NCBI GenBank assembly: GCA_973895155.1
Contig: OZ316898.1
Location: 5,505,079-5,569,078 of the forward strand
DNA length: 64,000 nt
DNA from: Marsupella aquatica
Lineage: Eukaryota; Plantae; Marchantiophyta
Direction of reading: 5' to 3'
Both the position numbers and the translations under genes were made by a program. A model generated the notes under the pieces. That model saw nothing but the letters and a program-made list of their open reading frames with translations, searched no databases and was not told where the DNA came from. Positions within the stretch are counted from its first letter, which is position 1. Every line of letters starts with the position of its first letter. This document shows, in pieces, positions 25,336 to 37,244 of this stretch.

Positions 25336-26384
25336 GATGTCCTTTGCTATTACTCGTTTTCAATTCTCCTTCCCCTCCGGCCTCCCCAGACCAAACGTGT
25401 ACCAGATAATTTATGATATATCATGGAGGCCAATGTTTGCTGGAATGTTGGAAGGACTGGAGCTCACATTTTATTTAACTACCCACTTTTGTTTGCTGGA
25501 ATGTTTGGAAGGACTGGAGCTCGCATTTGATTGAAATTCACACTAGATCCAACCTCATTCAAAAGGCATGGCACCTGTTGGAAGTCTACCTTTGCATACT
25601 ATAAAGACAAGACATTTCACGAAACCTACTTATAACTATGTAAGTAGGATTAACAACACCAACATCAAACTAGGTGAAAGTCCCACATAATGTAGGGTAA
25701 ATTTGATTCCTACCCATGACAATTTTGCCATGTGGAAGCTTTTGTCTCATTGATAAATGATTCTAAGACAATTATCATTCAATCCTAATTATGACACATA
25801 TATCATAATTAATGATAATAAATCAAACCAAGATAATGAAGATAAATTTTTTTTTGAAGCTCTTCTCTGATTTAAAGTCAGTTTTGAATCTATTCTTAAT
25901 ATTTTCATTAAGTTCTTACTTGAACTAATTGGTACTAACTTCAATGGGTCCATTTGCAATTGAGTTCAATTGCAGTAAGTACAGTGGACCAGAAAGTTGC
26001 ATTTATCCCAATAACGCTCACTGGCATTGAAATGAAGACATATGCAAAAGGATTATCAACACCTCTATAGATCATGCTTACAATTCTACAGTAATACAAT
26101 CAAATGATGCAAACAAAATAGCAACTACAACTAATTAAAGGCCGCTGGCGCCGAATTAGGACAAGAACGAAGAGAAATATGCACACTTGATGAATTTTCC
26201 CACTCTTATTCTTATTGGAAGGTCATCGGTAAAGTTATATAATGAATATGAGAATGGAAAATTTTGTAGATGTTGCATAGAACTCGAGTTCAAAGGATTA
26301 AAATTCTAAGTAGGGCGTGCAAAACCGAGCCACTGCATATTGTTTCACTAAATGCCTTCGTGACAAAAGGAAACATTGTCGCTT

Positions 26385-26923
26385 TCTAACCTCCTCTAGA
26401 CATCGTCCGCATACTTCCAGCAGTCGAATTCGAGAAGAGAGTAAGCACGAGGGTGGTACTTTTCCAAAATCTCTAGGAACTTCTCCCCAAATCTTCCCGC
26501 AGCCATTCATTCAATTTAACTATAATTCCTCTCCCCCTAGGCCTCTCCGTCAAACTCTTCCAATACGGACAAACAATCTTTCCCCTCCCTTTTGCCGTCA
26601 CGTTCTCTACCTTGATGATCCAACTTAAACGTTACTTCGTCAGTTATCTTTCCCTTCGCAGCGTGATTAAAGTCTATCACCACAGAGGTGAGACAATATG
26701 CAGTTATTTCCTGAGTGGAGTCGTGTAAATACCAATGGACGCCACCTGGACTTTACTTCCGACCAAAGCATATATTGAGCACTTCAGCGCGGCCGGCTTT
26801 CTCATCGCCAACGAGGCCTTTGATCATGCCTTTGGTGGGCGACTTCGAATATTTAGAACCGCCCGTAGACTTGTTTGCGCTCCCATTCGAACTCTGGGAG
26901 ACACAGCAACTAGCGAAACTCAT
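26385..26923 (-). pseudogene. Permuted papain-like gene copy P2, multiply frameshifted and 3'-truncated
   Basis: ATG at 26923 reads MSFASCCVSQSSNGSANKSTGGSK...KGLVGDEKAGRAEVLN, then frameshifts and stops; later FLEILEKYHPRAYSLLEFDCWKYADDV* (NC changed to DC); similarity lost below ~26385. Confidence 0.85.
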
Positions 26924-27102
26924 CGTGAAATGTTTCTAAGCTTTTCTCAACTAATTCGCAAAGGAGAGAACGGGGATTTAACAAGAATGAGCCAATTAAG
27001 TATCGAGCCTGGGCCTGAGTCGCACAACACTAACACCACAAAGAGGCGAGCTGGACTTCACAAGAAGTCACTAGTCCTAAGATTTCCCTGAGTCACGCAA
27101 CA

Positions 27103-27300
27103 GAATATTTAGAAGCGCCCGCAGACTTGTTTGCGCTTCCCTTCGAAGTCTGGGGGACAGAGCAACTAGCGAAACTCATCGTGAAATCTTTCTAAGCTCT
27201 TCTCAACTAACTCCACAAAGGAGAGAACGGGGAGTTAACAAGAATGAGCCAAGTGTAGAGCCTGGATCTGAGTCAACACTAACACCACAAAGAGGCGAGC
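27103..27300 (-). pseudogene. Tandem re-duplication of the first ~25 codons and proximal promoter of the P gene (fragment P2b)
   Basis: gaatatttagaa...gacttgtttgcgcttcccttcgaa...gcgaaactCATcgtgaaa (ATG at 27179) plus upstream flank repeats 26847-27050 and matches 38120-38320. Confidence 0.8.
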
Positions 27301-28001
27301 TGGAAAGGAAGTCACACAACCTGAGTCGCACAACGTTAACAATACAAATGGGAGAGCTGGACTTCACAAGAAAATAATAGCCAAGTCCTACGACCGCCGC
27401 GCCTGAGTCACACAACAGGACTCAAAGATCCAGAAGATACTGTGCTAAGAGAGCGCTCTGCTAGAAAGCAGACCTACACACTAGTGGCCCTACAAGACAC
27501 GGCAGCAGAAGCTCACCAACACCAATTCTGATTTTCTACGTTCGTTCCGTGAATCACGCTGCTTCTGATTTTCTACGTTCATCTCCGTGATTCACGCACT
27601 ACCAAGTCATACTTCATTGACATTACGTACTATCAGGAAATTTCCTTGTACTTTGCACTGTCTACCAAGTGCTTCTATTTCATTTACATTATGTACTACC
27701 TTGAGATTGGCTCCAGCATCTTGGATTTCCAAATCTTTCTCTCTTGAAGATCGACTTTGAAGCACTTATCTACTTTGAATCACTTCTCACTTTGAAGATC
27801 TACTCTAGAGCATCCCCCTCTTAAGGGTAACCACAAGGAGGTCATATGTACCTAGGGATCCTACAAAGGGTACAACCACAAGGAGGTCATACCCATGGAT
27901 AGTCTTACTACAAGGATCATACCTATTATAGGGAGAAAGGGTTGAGCCTACCTCTTGAGCAAAGTGGAGTGTGAGAAGAGCTTCACTAGTATGCCGTAGT
28001 T

Positions 28002-28210
28002 CAGGATCATTTGGATGAGTTTGACAGTCTAACGGTGGATCTATCAAACCTGGGTAAGGGCGTTGAAAATGAGGATAAGGCCTTGCTTCTGCTAAGCTCC
28101 TTACCGTCATCTTATCAGGGTTTGAAATAGGTGCTCTTGTATAGAGATCTTAAGTCCATTTCGTATAATGAGGTGGTGAGCTTTTTATTGTCTGATGATG
28201 CTCAGAAGAA
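28002..28210 (+). mobile_element. Ty1/Copia gag (UBN2-type) fragment
   Basis: Translates QDHLDEFDSLTVDLSNLGKGVENEDKALLLLSSLPSSYQGLK*VLLYRDLKSISYNEVVSFLLSDD; EDKALLLL.SLP.SY is typical Copia gag. Confidence 0.8.
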
Positions 28211-28568
28211 GCTCTGATCCCACTTGTTGAGTATAGACAACATTCGTAACGGCAAGCCCATGAATCATCCAACACACACGAGTCGACACACAGAGATATG
28301 TGGTTCCCCTCCACATGACGCTACGTCCACGGGAACACACAAGAGCTTTATTGCATTCTAGGCCGACCGACCATACCAAGCATTCACAGCACAAGCTCTC
28401 CCTATCTCTCAACTAGCTCCGTAACAATGAGCCTAAGTTTCACCAGGGTCTGGCATCAACCCTAGCTATATACACAATAGCACTACCGCTAACATTAACT
28501 AAATTCTAACCTGAGTTAGACTAACTCTGGTTAGCTCATGAGTCACAAGACTAGAGCAATATCTAACA
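28211..28568 (-). mobile_element. LTR (28225-28568) with adjacent tRNA-iMet primer-binding site
   Basis: Termini TGTTGA...CTAACA; gctctgatccca at 28211-28222 is a 1-mismatch reverse complement of the PBS TGGTATCAGAGC; sequence related to the solo LTR at 28698. Confidence 0.7.
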
Positions 28569-28697
28569 GAAGAGTCGGTCACAATAAATGAACCCAAGAC
28601 CTATCAATATCTATTCAAGTGAGATATCACAAAGTCATGTGACCTCTCTATTTCTTTCTTGCCAGCTTTGACTCTTAACTCTTGTGATAGGTGACTC

Positions 28698-29033
28698 TGT
28701 TGAACTATGACGTCTTCTTTCATGACGATCCAATCTTTAATTACTTATTTCATGCACACATAGTCTACACAATCTCTACGTGGTTCACCTCTTCTCCAAG
28801 GCTACGTCCACACGAACACTCAAGCTTTACTTCAAGAGTAGACGAACACACATGCTCTCCCTCTTCTTCAAGTTGCTCCGTTACAATGAGTAAGCACCAC
28901 ACACCAGCGGCTTACACTAGCCCTGGTATATACAAGGTCACACACGACTAACCTAACCTCAGCTAAGACCCTAACTATGGTTAGCCTAAGTGTCGTAATC
29001 TTTGAGTCACAAGACTAAGAGCAATCCTTAACA
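28698..29033 (-). mobile_element. Solo LTR, 336 bp, with 5-bp target site duplication GACTC
   Basis: GACTC (28693-28697) TGTTGA...TTAACA GACTC (29034-29038); the paralogous cassette shows the empty site gtgactcctgggataggtggg near 39109. Confidence 0.85.
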
Positions 29034-29289
29034 GACTCCCAAGATAGGTGGGCTTGAGATGGGCTCACTGCTATTCAATTAGTGCATTCAATTATTGTGA
29101 ATCAAGGTGGTTTTACAAGACCTTGGCCAGGGCAGTTTGAGTGTTTTTTTCTCAATTTAGAAGATAATCTATCGGATGCAACATCCTCAAGATACTAGTG
29201 TATGTGGCCCAAAGGAGAGTTTGGAATTATTTTTGGTCCCTATTAGTGTTTTGTAAAGCTACTCACACCAAATGGTGCTAGAATAATTT

Positions 29290-29680
29290 TCTTGGACAAA
29301 AGAAGGGGACCCATTTCACCTAAAAGTCACATAATTCTTTGGCTAGGGCCCTTAGTTCTTAGTCTCACAACATAAAATCTGATGAGGTGCATGTGGGTCT
29401 AAATTAAATGTAAAGAACTTGAAAAAAGAATGGACCAAGCAGCCCGTGCTAGAAAACTTTTCTTGGACACAAGGTGGGGACCAAATTCTTTGGCTAGTCA
29501 CATAATTCTTTGGCTGCATGGGGCCCTTCTTAGTCTCACAAGACAAAATCTGATCAGGGGCATGTGGGCTTTAATGTATAGAACTCAAAATAAGAATGGA
29601 CCAAGCAGCCCGTGTTAGAAAAAAATTCTTGGACACAAGGTGGACCCACTTCACCGAAGAGTCACATAATTCTTTGGCAG
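29290..29680. repeat. ~2.4 tandem copies of a ~165-bp unit upstream of reductase A1 (single copy in cassette 2 at ~39360-39505)
   Basis: ttcttggaca.aag...gtcacataattctttggc...aagaatggaccaagcagccc starts at ~29290, ~29460, ~29626. Confidence 0.85.
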
Positions 29681-29932
29681 CCCACCGATGTAAGAGACAG
29701 TAGTGCGTAAAGCGCAGACATTGGGAGAGTAAACAGTCAAACACGGAGAAAGTGCTGAAGAACCGGACATGACTCGAGTGCTGACTTCACTTCAGTGCAG
29801 GAGACGATGCAACGTTTCTGTCCATCTATCGGCGATCCCCTGGACATTGGATTGGAAGGAACAAACAGTTTAACTCAGTGACGGGAAGCGACGAGGGCAG
29901 GAACCGAGACCTACGAAGGGCGGCTGTCCGCC

Positions 29933-29957
29933 TGACGTCGGCATTGACCATTTGACC
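29933..29957 (+). promoter_or_regulatory. Clustered TGACG(TC) motif plus two W-boxes (TTGACC)
   Basis: tgacgtcggcaTTGACCatTTGACC ~350 bp upstream of the A1 ATG; identical at 39756-39780. Motif match only. Confidence 0.45.
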
Positions 29958-30139
29958 GTGGTTCTTGGGTCGTGCTCCACATTCATCTGAAATTCTGGAT
30001 GTACTTTGAATCATGATTGTTAGAGCCTGCTGTCGTTGCCTCTATTCATGCATTCCCGGATGGATCCAATGCTCCAATTAATGATACAAAAATTCTCAAT
30101 TCATCAGTGAGCTTTTTCTCTCGACACACTGCAGTGTAG

Positions 30140-30148
30140 TATATATAA
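30140..30148 (+). promoter_or_regulatory. Probable TATA box of reductase A1
   Basis: TATATATAA ~160 bp upstream of ATG 30305; the segment is missing upstream of pseudogene A2. Confidence 0.55.
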
Positions 30149-30304
30149 CTCGCTCCTGTCTACGGAGCTACATCGGTGTAAGATAACTGATTTGTTGGGA
30201 CTGGTCAGAACTACCTAACTGTGTAAGTATTGCGACGACTGAAGTACTGGCATCGAGTGCACTATTATTCTCGAATTCTTGTGTAGTGTAGACGGATTCG
30301 AGCA

Positions 30305-31237
30305 ATGGGGTTGAGCAAGGTGCTGATAATTGGAGCGACGGGCGCAATTGGGAGGCACATTACCGATGCGAGCGTCAAGCTTGGCCACCCCACCTTTGCT
30401 TTGGTCCGGTCTACAACTCCCAGCGATCCTGCCAAGGCCGAGCTGCTGAAGTCGTTGCAGGATGCCGGGGTGACTCTGCTGATAGGCGATGTTAGCAACC
30501 ACGCGAGCCTCGTCGCTGCGCTGAAGCAAGTGGAGGTGGTCATTTCGGCGGTCAGTGAAGACCACGTTGGGAACCAGTACATCACTCTGGAGGCAGCCAA
30601 AGAAGCAGGAACGATCAAAAGATACTACCCGTCAGAGTTTGGCCTTGAGGTTGACACATTTCCACTGGATGTCCCGCTATCGAGAGGTGTCTTTGGAACA
30701 AAGCAGAAGTTTCGACGCGCTGTGGAGAAGTCCGGCATCCCATACACCTTCCTCGTTTCCAATTCATTTGGGAGCTACTTTTTGACACCTCTGGGCCAAG
30801 ATCCCCGTTTAACGGTGCCGCCTCGAGATGGCAAATTGACAATACTGGGCGATGGGAATGCCGAGGCAGTCTTCAATGACGATGCTGACATTGGGACCTA
30901 TACAATCAGATCGGTCGAAGATCCTCGAGCGGCAAACAAGGTTCTGATCATAAGCCCGAAGGACAACGTGGCCTCTCTGAACGAGGTGATCGCTGTATGG
31001 GAGAAAAAAATCGGGCATACGTTTGAGAAGGAGTTTCTGGACAAGGAGGAAATTCTCAAGACGATTGACGAGCTGCCTTTCCCTCTGAACATCGATCGAG
31101 CTGTCAAGTACGCCGTACTAGTGCAGGGTGTACAAACTGGCATCGAGCTTGACCCCTCTAGGCAGGTGGAGGCTACTGCTCTTTACCCAGACGTCAATTA
31201 CACTCGAATTGATCCGTATTTCGATCGCTTTGTGTGA
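30305..31237 (+). CDS. Isoflavone reductase/PCBER-like PIP-family NADPH-dependent reductase, type A, copy A1 (intact, 310 aa, no coding introns)
   Basis: KVLIIGATGAIG dinucleotide-binding motif, LGHPTFALVR, IKRYYPSEFG, catalytic-Lys segment FGTKQKFRRAVE, DIGTYTI...DPRAANK, C-terminal ALYPDVNYT. Confidence 0.95.
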   Translation: MGLSKVLIIGATGAIGRHITDASVKLGHPTFALVRSTTPSDPAKAELLKSLQDAGVTLLIGDVSNHASLVAALKQVEVVISAVSEDHVGNQYITLEAAKEAGTIKRYYPSEFGLEVDTFPLDVPLSRGVFGTKQKFRRAVEKSGIPYTFLVSNSFGSYFLTPLGQDPRLTVPPRDGKLTILGDGNAEAVFNDDADIGTYTIRSVEDPRAANKVLIISPKDNVASLNEVIAVWEKKIGHTFEKEFLDKEEILKTIDELPFPLNIDRAVKYAVLVQGVQTGIELDPSRQVEATALYPDVNYTRIDPYFDRFV

Positions 31238-33688
31238 AATCATGCTACCCTTCGCTGCTTGGCTATCCTGCAAAACTAACTTAAAGCCTACACCCATCAC
31301 ACAAGGAAGTGTATGCCCGAGTGTACGAAATTTTCCTGCATGAGTTGGCTTCCTCTTCCGGCAGCAGTTCACGACGAAAGTAGATTTATATTGTAGACTG
31401 ATATCTATGTTCAATTGTAAAGTTGTTTGGATACGGAGCCCTTATCTATCATCTGCTCAAATTGATTTTGTCTCAGGCAAACGAAAAGCAAACAGTAAAG
31501 GAAATGTATTGAATCTAATATGCATGGTACAGATATCCGGAGTCAACTGGGGTTTCTTCATCATTGGATCATTTGGCTTGAAAGTGTATCCAAAAAACTG
31601 GCCTTTCTCGTGGTAGGTGGAGTTGCGTACAAAATTTCCGACCTCCGAGTCGCGAGTCACACATGCAACACTGAACGGGTTAGCACATCCCCACATCGTC
31701 TATGCTCATGCAAAAGTGAATTGTATGTTTGTATGAAAAGCAAGTATATCAATATCCATGCTTCCCCCTCTCCTCAATCTGCAAAAGTTACTATAATAAA
31801 CCATAATATATCATGATGACAGTGTTCCATGGATGTCAGCTTGATTAGAGCTGCATGCCCGGACGGATGACTCGTTCAGGCCGCTCTTAAAATTCTTCTG
31901 ATTCTCAAGTGCCAATTCAAAAGGGCAAATTGAATTTCAACGGACCGTATTTAAACTTCTTCAAGGACGTCTTGAATGTGGCCAGTTATAATGACCCTTC
32001 AGAACAGCACTAAGGCGATTCTCTGGTCTAATATTCGTCAGCTACCGTATAATTGTCGTCTTGAGCCTTGTCATCAGTTACTATGCAACATGCACCTGTC
32101 AACAATGCATGTAGGGAAGCCCGGGGGGGAAGCCATCGAAATTGTTCGGATAGAATCTCAACGAATGTACTCAAATAACATTGTTTACCACTTTTAGAGA
32201 GTAATTTGTCTAGACACTTAAACTGCAGCTTCGGTAATTTCATCGAGATTTCGCTAGACAATCTTAAATGCTATGGGGGCTCCCAGTTTACTGTTGTAAT
32301 GGTTTTGGATTTCGAAAGTATTTTCCTGTCAGTACGTGTACCCTGACTTGACCGTCTTGGGAGCTGCCTCACCTTTCCTTACCAGAATCGACTGGGTCTC
32401 CTTTCAAAAACTTGCGCAGTGGATTGTCTATTGTCCTTATGGGAGGCGGGAAATAAAACAAGAACTACAGTAGTAGTCGATTCTGGTTTGCTTGTCTTCC
32501 TGACAAGACTTCATCGCTCACAAATCGAATTATTAAAAGGATTACACACGCCACGGGCCACTAAATAAAACAGATTAAAACATCCAGACCAAAGGATCAA
32601 GAAAAAGTAAAGAGTAAACGACAGAAGAAATAAAATAATATGAGGATCTGATGTAGTTTTGTACAAACAGACTTAATTATTCTCTTCAATTCACATCAAC
32701 AACTGAGGTGATTTTGTGAAGCTACTATCTTTGGTATGGATGGAGTTGTCAAACGGTCATTTCACTATAGACATTGCATCAAAGTGGAGCTACATAGTTG
32801 ATCGTAGTAAAGACTGATTTCAACGCTGGACTTACTGGACAACAGTACCTAAAGTATTTGTCAAAGCGTTGAAAAGACACAGTGGGTGTCTGAGAAGTTG
32901 GACTAAAAGACAAGTCCAGACTGACGATCACATGATTGCATCAATTGAGGGGAGGTCATAGGTGACAGTAGTACAGACTGCAACAGATTGAGCTACTGGA
33001 CACTAGTGCCTATTTGCCCAAGTGTTGCAAAGACAGAGTAAATTGTCTGCGAAGTTGGGACTGAAGATCTCATTGCAAGCATCAAAAGAGGCACATACTT
33101 CAGTTGACAGAAGTGAGCATCTCCAAAGGTTTGGAGATTTGCACTCGCTATCGTGAAATTTTACAATCGCAATTTTGGGTGGCAATTTCGCACATCCAGT
33201 CTTTAGAAGTCTATCTCCAACGGCATCTCCGAAAATAGGCCCCCATTTGCTAACGCACCTGCAATGGTTCGAACCACCGTGGTCCAAGTTGGCCTGATGC
33301 GCAATTGGACGCGGCTCGTGAATTGTGAGCTCCTAGACGATAACACCTGCACGTTCCACTGCTCTCTGCCTTGCCACGCATTGCAACATTCGTCTTCTTA
33401 TCATGTTGTGCGCGCTCGTCCTCTTGACCTTCGTGCGGTTTTAACTTTCCTTGTTGAATCGATTGAACTCCGTCTAGCAGAACCTCTGGCCAATTTGGGC
33501 ATCCTGCACAGAATTGCACCGAGGGATGCCCTAGAAAGGTGGAAAGCAATAGATGGACCTGGACAGATTGGGATAAACGAGCTACTGGACAGTAGTACCT
33601 ATTCGCCAACCTGTTGCAAAGACGGAAGTACTGAGGTTGAGTTAGGTGTTCTCGTCAAATCCTGGTGTATTCTAGACGGAATCGAGTA

Positions 33689-34617
33689 ATGGGGTTGAGC
33701 AAGGTGCTGATAATTGGAGCGACGGGCGCAATTGGGAGGCACATTACCGATGCGAGCGTCAAGCTCGGCCACCCGACCTTCGCTTTGGTCCGTTCCACAA
33801 CTCCCAGCGATCCTGCCACGGCCGAGCTGCTGAAGTCGTTCCGAGATGCCGGAGTGACTCTGCTGATAGGCGATGTTAGCAACTACGCGACTGGCTGCGC
33901 TCAAGCAAGTGGAGGTGGTCATTTCGGCGGTCAGTAAAGACCAGGTTGGGAACCAGTACAACACTCTTGAGGCGGCCAAAGAAGCAGGAACGATCAAGAG
34001 ATACTATCCCTCGGAGTTTAACAGCAAGGGTTGACACATTTGCGCTGGATGTCCCGCTATCGAGAGCTCTCTTTGGAGCGAAGCAGACGTTCCGACGTAC
34101 TGTGGAAATGTCCGGCATCCCATACACCTTCGTCGTTGCCAATTCGTTTCGGAGCTACTTCTTGACACCTCTGGGCCAAGATCCCCGTTTAGCTGTGCCG
34201 CCTCGAGATGGCAAATTAACAATACTGGGCGATGGGAATGCCAAGGCAGTCTTCAATGACGATGCTGACATTGGGACCTACACAATCAGATCGGTCGAAG
34301 ATCCTCGAGCGACAAACAAGGTTCTGATCATAAGCCCGAAGGACAACGTGGCGTCTCTGAACGAGGTGATCGCTGTATGGGAGAAGAAAATCGGGCATAC
34401 GTTTGAGAAGGAGTTTCTGGGCAAGGAGGAAATTCTCAAGACGATTGACGAGCTGCCTTTCCCTCTGAACATTGATCGAGCTGTCAAGTATGCCTTACTA
34501 GTGCAGGGTGTACAAACTGGCATCGAGCTTGACCCCTCTAGGCAGGTGGAGGCTACTGCTCTTTACCCAGACGTCAATTACACTCGAATTGATCCGTATT
34601 TCGATCGCTTTGTGTGA
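33689..34617 (+). pseudogene. PIP-family reductase copy B1 (frameshifted; B-type 5' part, A-type 3' part)
   Basis: 929 nt versus 933: 5-nt deletion near 33890 (aactacgcga^ctggct vs aattacgcgagcctcctggct in B2) and 1-nt insertion near 34027; split into ORFs 33665-33937 and 33946-34617. Confidence 0.9.
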
Positions 34618-35469
34618 GATCATGCTACCCTTCGCTGCTTGGCTATCCTGCAAAACTACCTTAAAGCCTTCACCCATCACACAAGGAAGTGTATGAAAAT
34701 TCTCCTGCATGAGTTGGCTTCCTCTTCCGGCAGCAGTTCACGACGAACGTAGAATTATATTGTAGACTGATATCTATGTTCAATTGTAAAGTTGTTTGGA
34801 TACGGAGCCCTTATCTATCATTTGCTCAACGTATGATTTTGTCTCAGGCAAACGAAAAGCAAACAGTAAAGGAACTGTATTGAATCTAATACGGAGGGTA
34901 CAGATATCCGGAGTCAACTGGGGTTTCTTCATCATTGGATCATTTGGCTTGAAAGTGTATCCAAAATGCTGGCCGTTCTCGTGGTAGGTGGAGTTGCGTA
35001 CAAAATTTCCGACCTCTGAGTCGCGAGTCACACATGCAACATATATAGAAGTCAGAGTGTAACTAAGGATGCAGTATAACTTTTATTTGCAATGTTCTAC
35101 AATATTAAAAAAACCATTTTCACGTAAGAATGTAGAGGTATTGGACCTTTCATTTAATTTTTGATTAAAAAAAAATCATAACATTTGTATAAATCTCAAA
35201 ATTGAATTTAAAATACATTATTATTTTTATCTAAAAATTATTAAGTATTTCTTAAAATCAACAAAACTACCCTATTATTTGTGGTGCGTAATGTGTCATT
35301 TTTATGGAAATGAAATCTTGCACGAGCATTGGATAGACCTGATCAACCTCATCAATGCATGAATTAAAACAGCAGCTGAAAGCAAAATTTGAAACGAAGG
35401 ATCTGGGCGTATGGGTGCAGCAAAGATAGGGGTAGACTTCCTTCCCTTGTTGTAGGGACCTGAATTTTA

Positions 35470-36330
35470 CTGCATCAAAAACGCTACTCAAATCAACTAG
35501 TTCTTGATAGACTATGGACAAGTGCAAGCGCTGTAGCTATATACTCATCTACCAGAAGGTCTTGAGCTCTCTGCAGAAACCAACACTCAAGACAGACTCT
35601 ACAAACTACAGCCAAGTAGTAGGCAAACTCATTTCCCTCACTAACGTACACACCTCCAGACATCTCTTTTTCTGTTCGACTAGTGAGCAGATTCATGAGT
35701 CAGACACAACAAGTCCATCTAGATGTTGTTATGCACATGGTCCGCTACATCAGTGGAACTTTGGATCTAGGAGTATTCTACACACAAGCTGCTCAACCGG
35801 AAGGATTCACAGATTCCAACTAGGCCGGGAAAACTCCTGCCAGGATACAAGAAGATCCACTTGTGGCCACCTATTGAAGCTTTCAGAAGGCCCTGTCATC
35901 TGGAGCAGCAAAAGGCAACCAACTGTGTCCTGGTCCTCCACAGAAGCAGAATGCAAGGCACTCTCCGATGGTGCACAAGAGGGCTTTTACTTGAAGTGAC
36001 CACTTGAGGAATTGCAAAGGAATGAATCTCCTTGCAGCAATGTCTACTGCCAAAATCGCGAGGTGGCAACAGATCTTGTGAGCACAGGGCGCACTTACTC
36101 TCCAAGACTTACACTTAAGATGCGTCAACATGAGTGCTATTAAGTTTGCAAAAAATCCAGTCTTCCATGCCCGTACCAACACTGGGAGATTCAGCACCAC
36201 TTGTAGAGAGAGTCAGTTTTAGAAGGAGAAGTACTTTCAATACACCATGTCAAGACAGAAGATCAGGTAGCAGGCATCTTGACAAAGTCACTGTCAAGGA
36301 CTAAGTTTCTCAGAAACCGAGTACTGCAGC
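35470..36330 (+). mobile_element. Ty1/Copia RT C-terminus and RNase H remnant
   Basis: NYSQVVGKLISLT...DTRRSTCG...GPVIWSSKRQPTVSWSSTEAECKAL, then SAIKFAKNPVFHART and EDQVAGILTKSLSRTKF; frameshifts and stops. Confidence 0.9.
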
Positions 36331-36452
36331 CACAATGATACATATCTTACACCGAGATTGATTCATCACACCATGCTAGTTCATGAGATAAGTAGATGTC
36401 TTGCTGTAATTATCTAGTATGGTTCTCTAGCGAGGCTTAGCTGCCTGTTCCC

Positions 36453-36815
36453 TCACTGGGGTATAATTATGTTGGCCTCCCTCCAAGACTTAAATGACTT
36501 AAATTTATTGCCCCTGAAGCCACTCACTAACAGCTCTACCTCCTCCCAAGCTGTGTAAATCCCTGTGCGACGACCTCGTGCAACAGCATAATATCGCTTG
36601 GGCTTCTCCTCCGAGAAACTTCGAGCTCCTTCATCCGGCGACAAGCACTGTGTCTCCTCCTTGAGTACAGGAGCGCTTGGCTCCACAGGACGTGCTGCCT
36701 CTACGGACCTCTCCACCCTTATCGTGGTACCAGCCAGTGGCTTCGACGTTACTCCTGGATCCTTCCCAGGGGGAAGCTCATCAGCTCTGGGAAGGCCGCC
36801 TTGATTACACACCAA
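36453..36815 (-). other. ORF fragment ending in an RNase H1 N-terminal hybrid-binding (Cauli_VI-type) domain
   Basis: KRYYAVARGRRTGIYTAWEEVELLVSGFRGNKFKSFKSWREA fits the YAV..GR..G.Y..W.E....V.GF.G..FKSF....EA consensus; no ATG start and no RNase H catalytic domain seen. Confidence 0.75.
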
Positions 36816-37244
36816 GTAATCATATACATTTAGGGAGAGAGTTTATATAAAACCCAACAAGGAAAGGACAAGAAGCATTGCAGACTCCGTTGAAGAGGTC
36901 TCCTCTCGAGCCATGCATGGCGGACACTAGTGACATGTATATACCTTGATAGAATTGACCGTCGCGAGGTAAAATATTTCGCTCTCCTCTCCCCAAGGTA
37001 AACCACCCGACAAGAGTGAGAATCTAATCAATTGGGCTAATTACGCTTATGACAGACTAAGAGGGGGTGCAGTAAGTCTGCCCAAAACAGGATCTCCGAC
37101 TAGTTTTAATCTAATATATCGCCAGCACGCAGGCAGGATGTGGCCGGGTGCTAGAACTGGAGCGGTAGAAATCCGAGCCCCAGGCAAATCAATATCATTA
37201 TGTAATTCTAGACTCGCCAAATTTCCATGTGGACATCGATCTCT

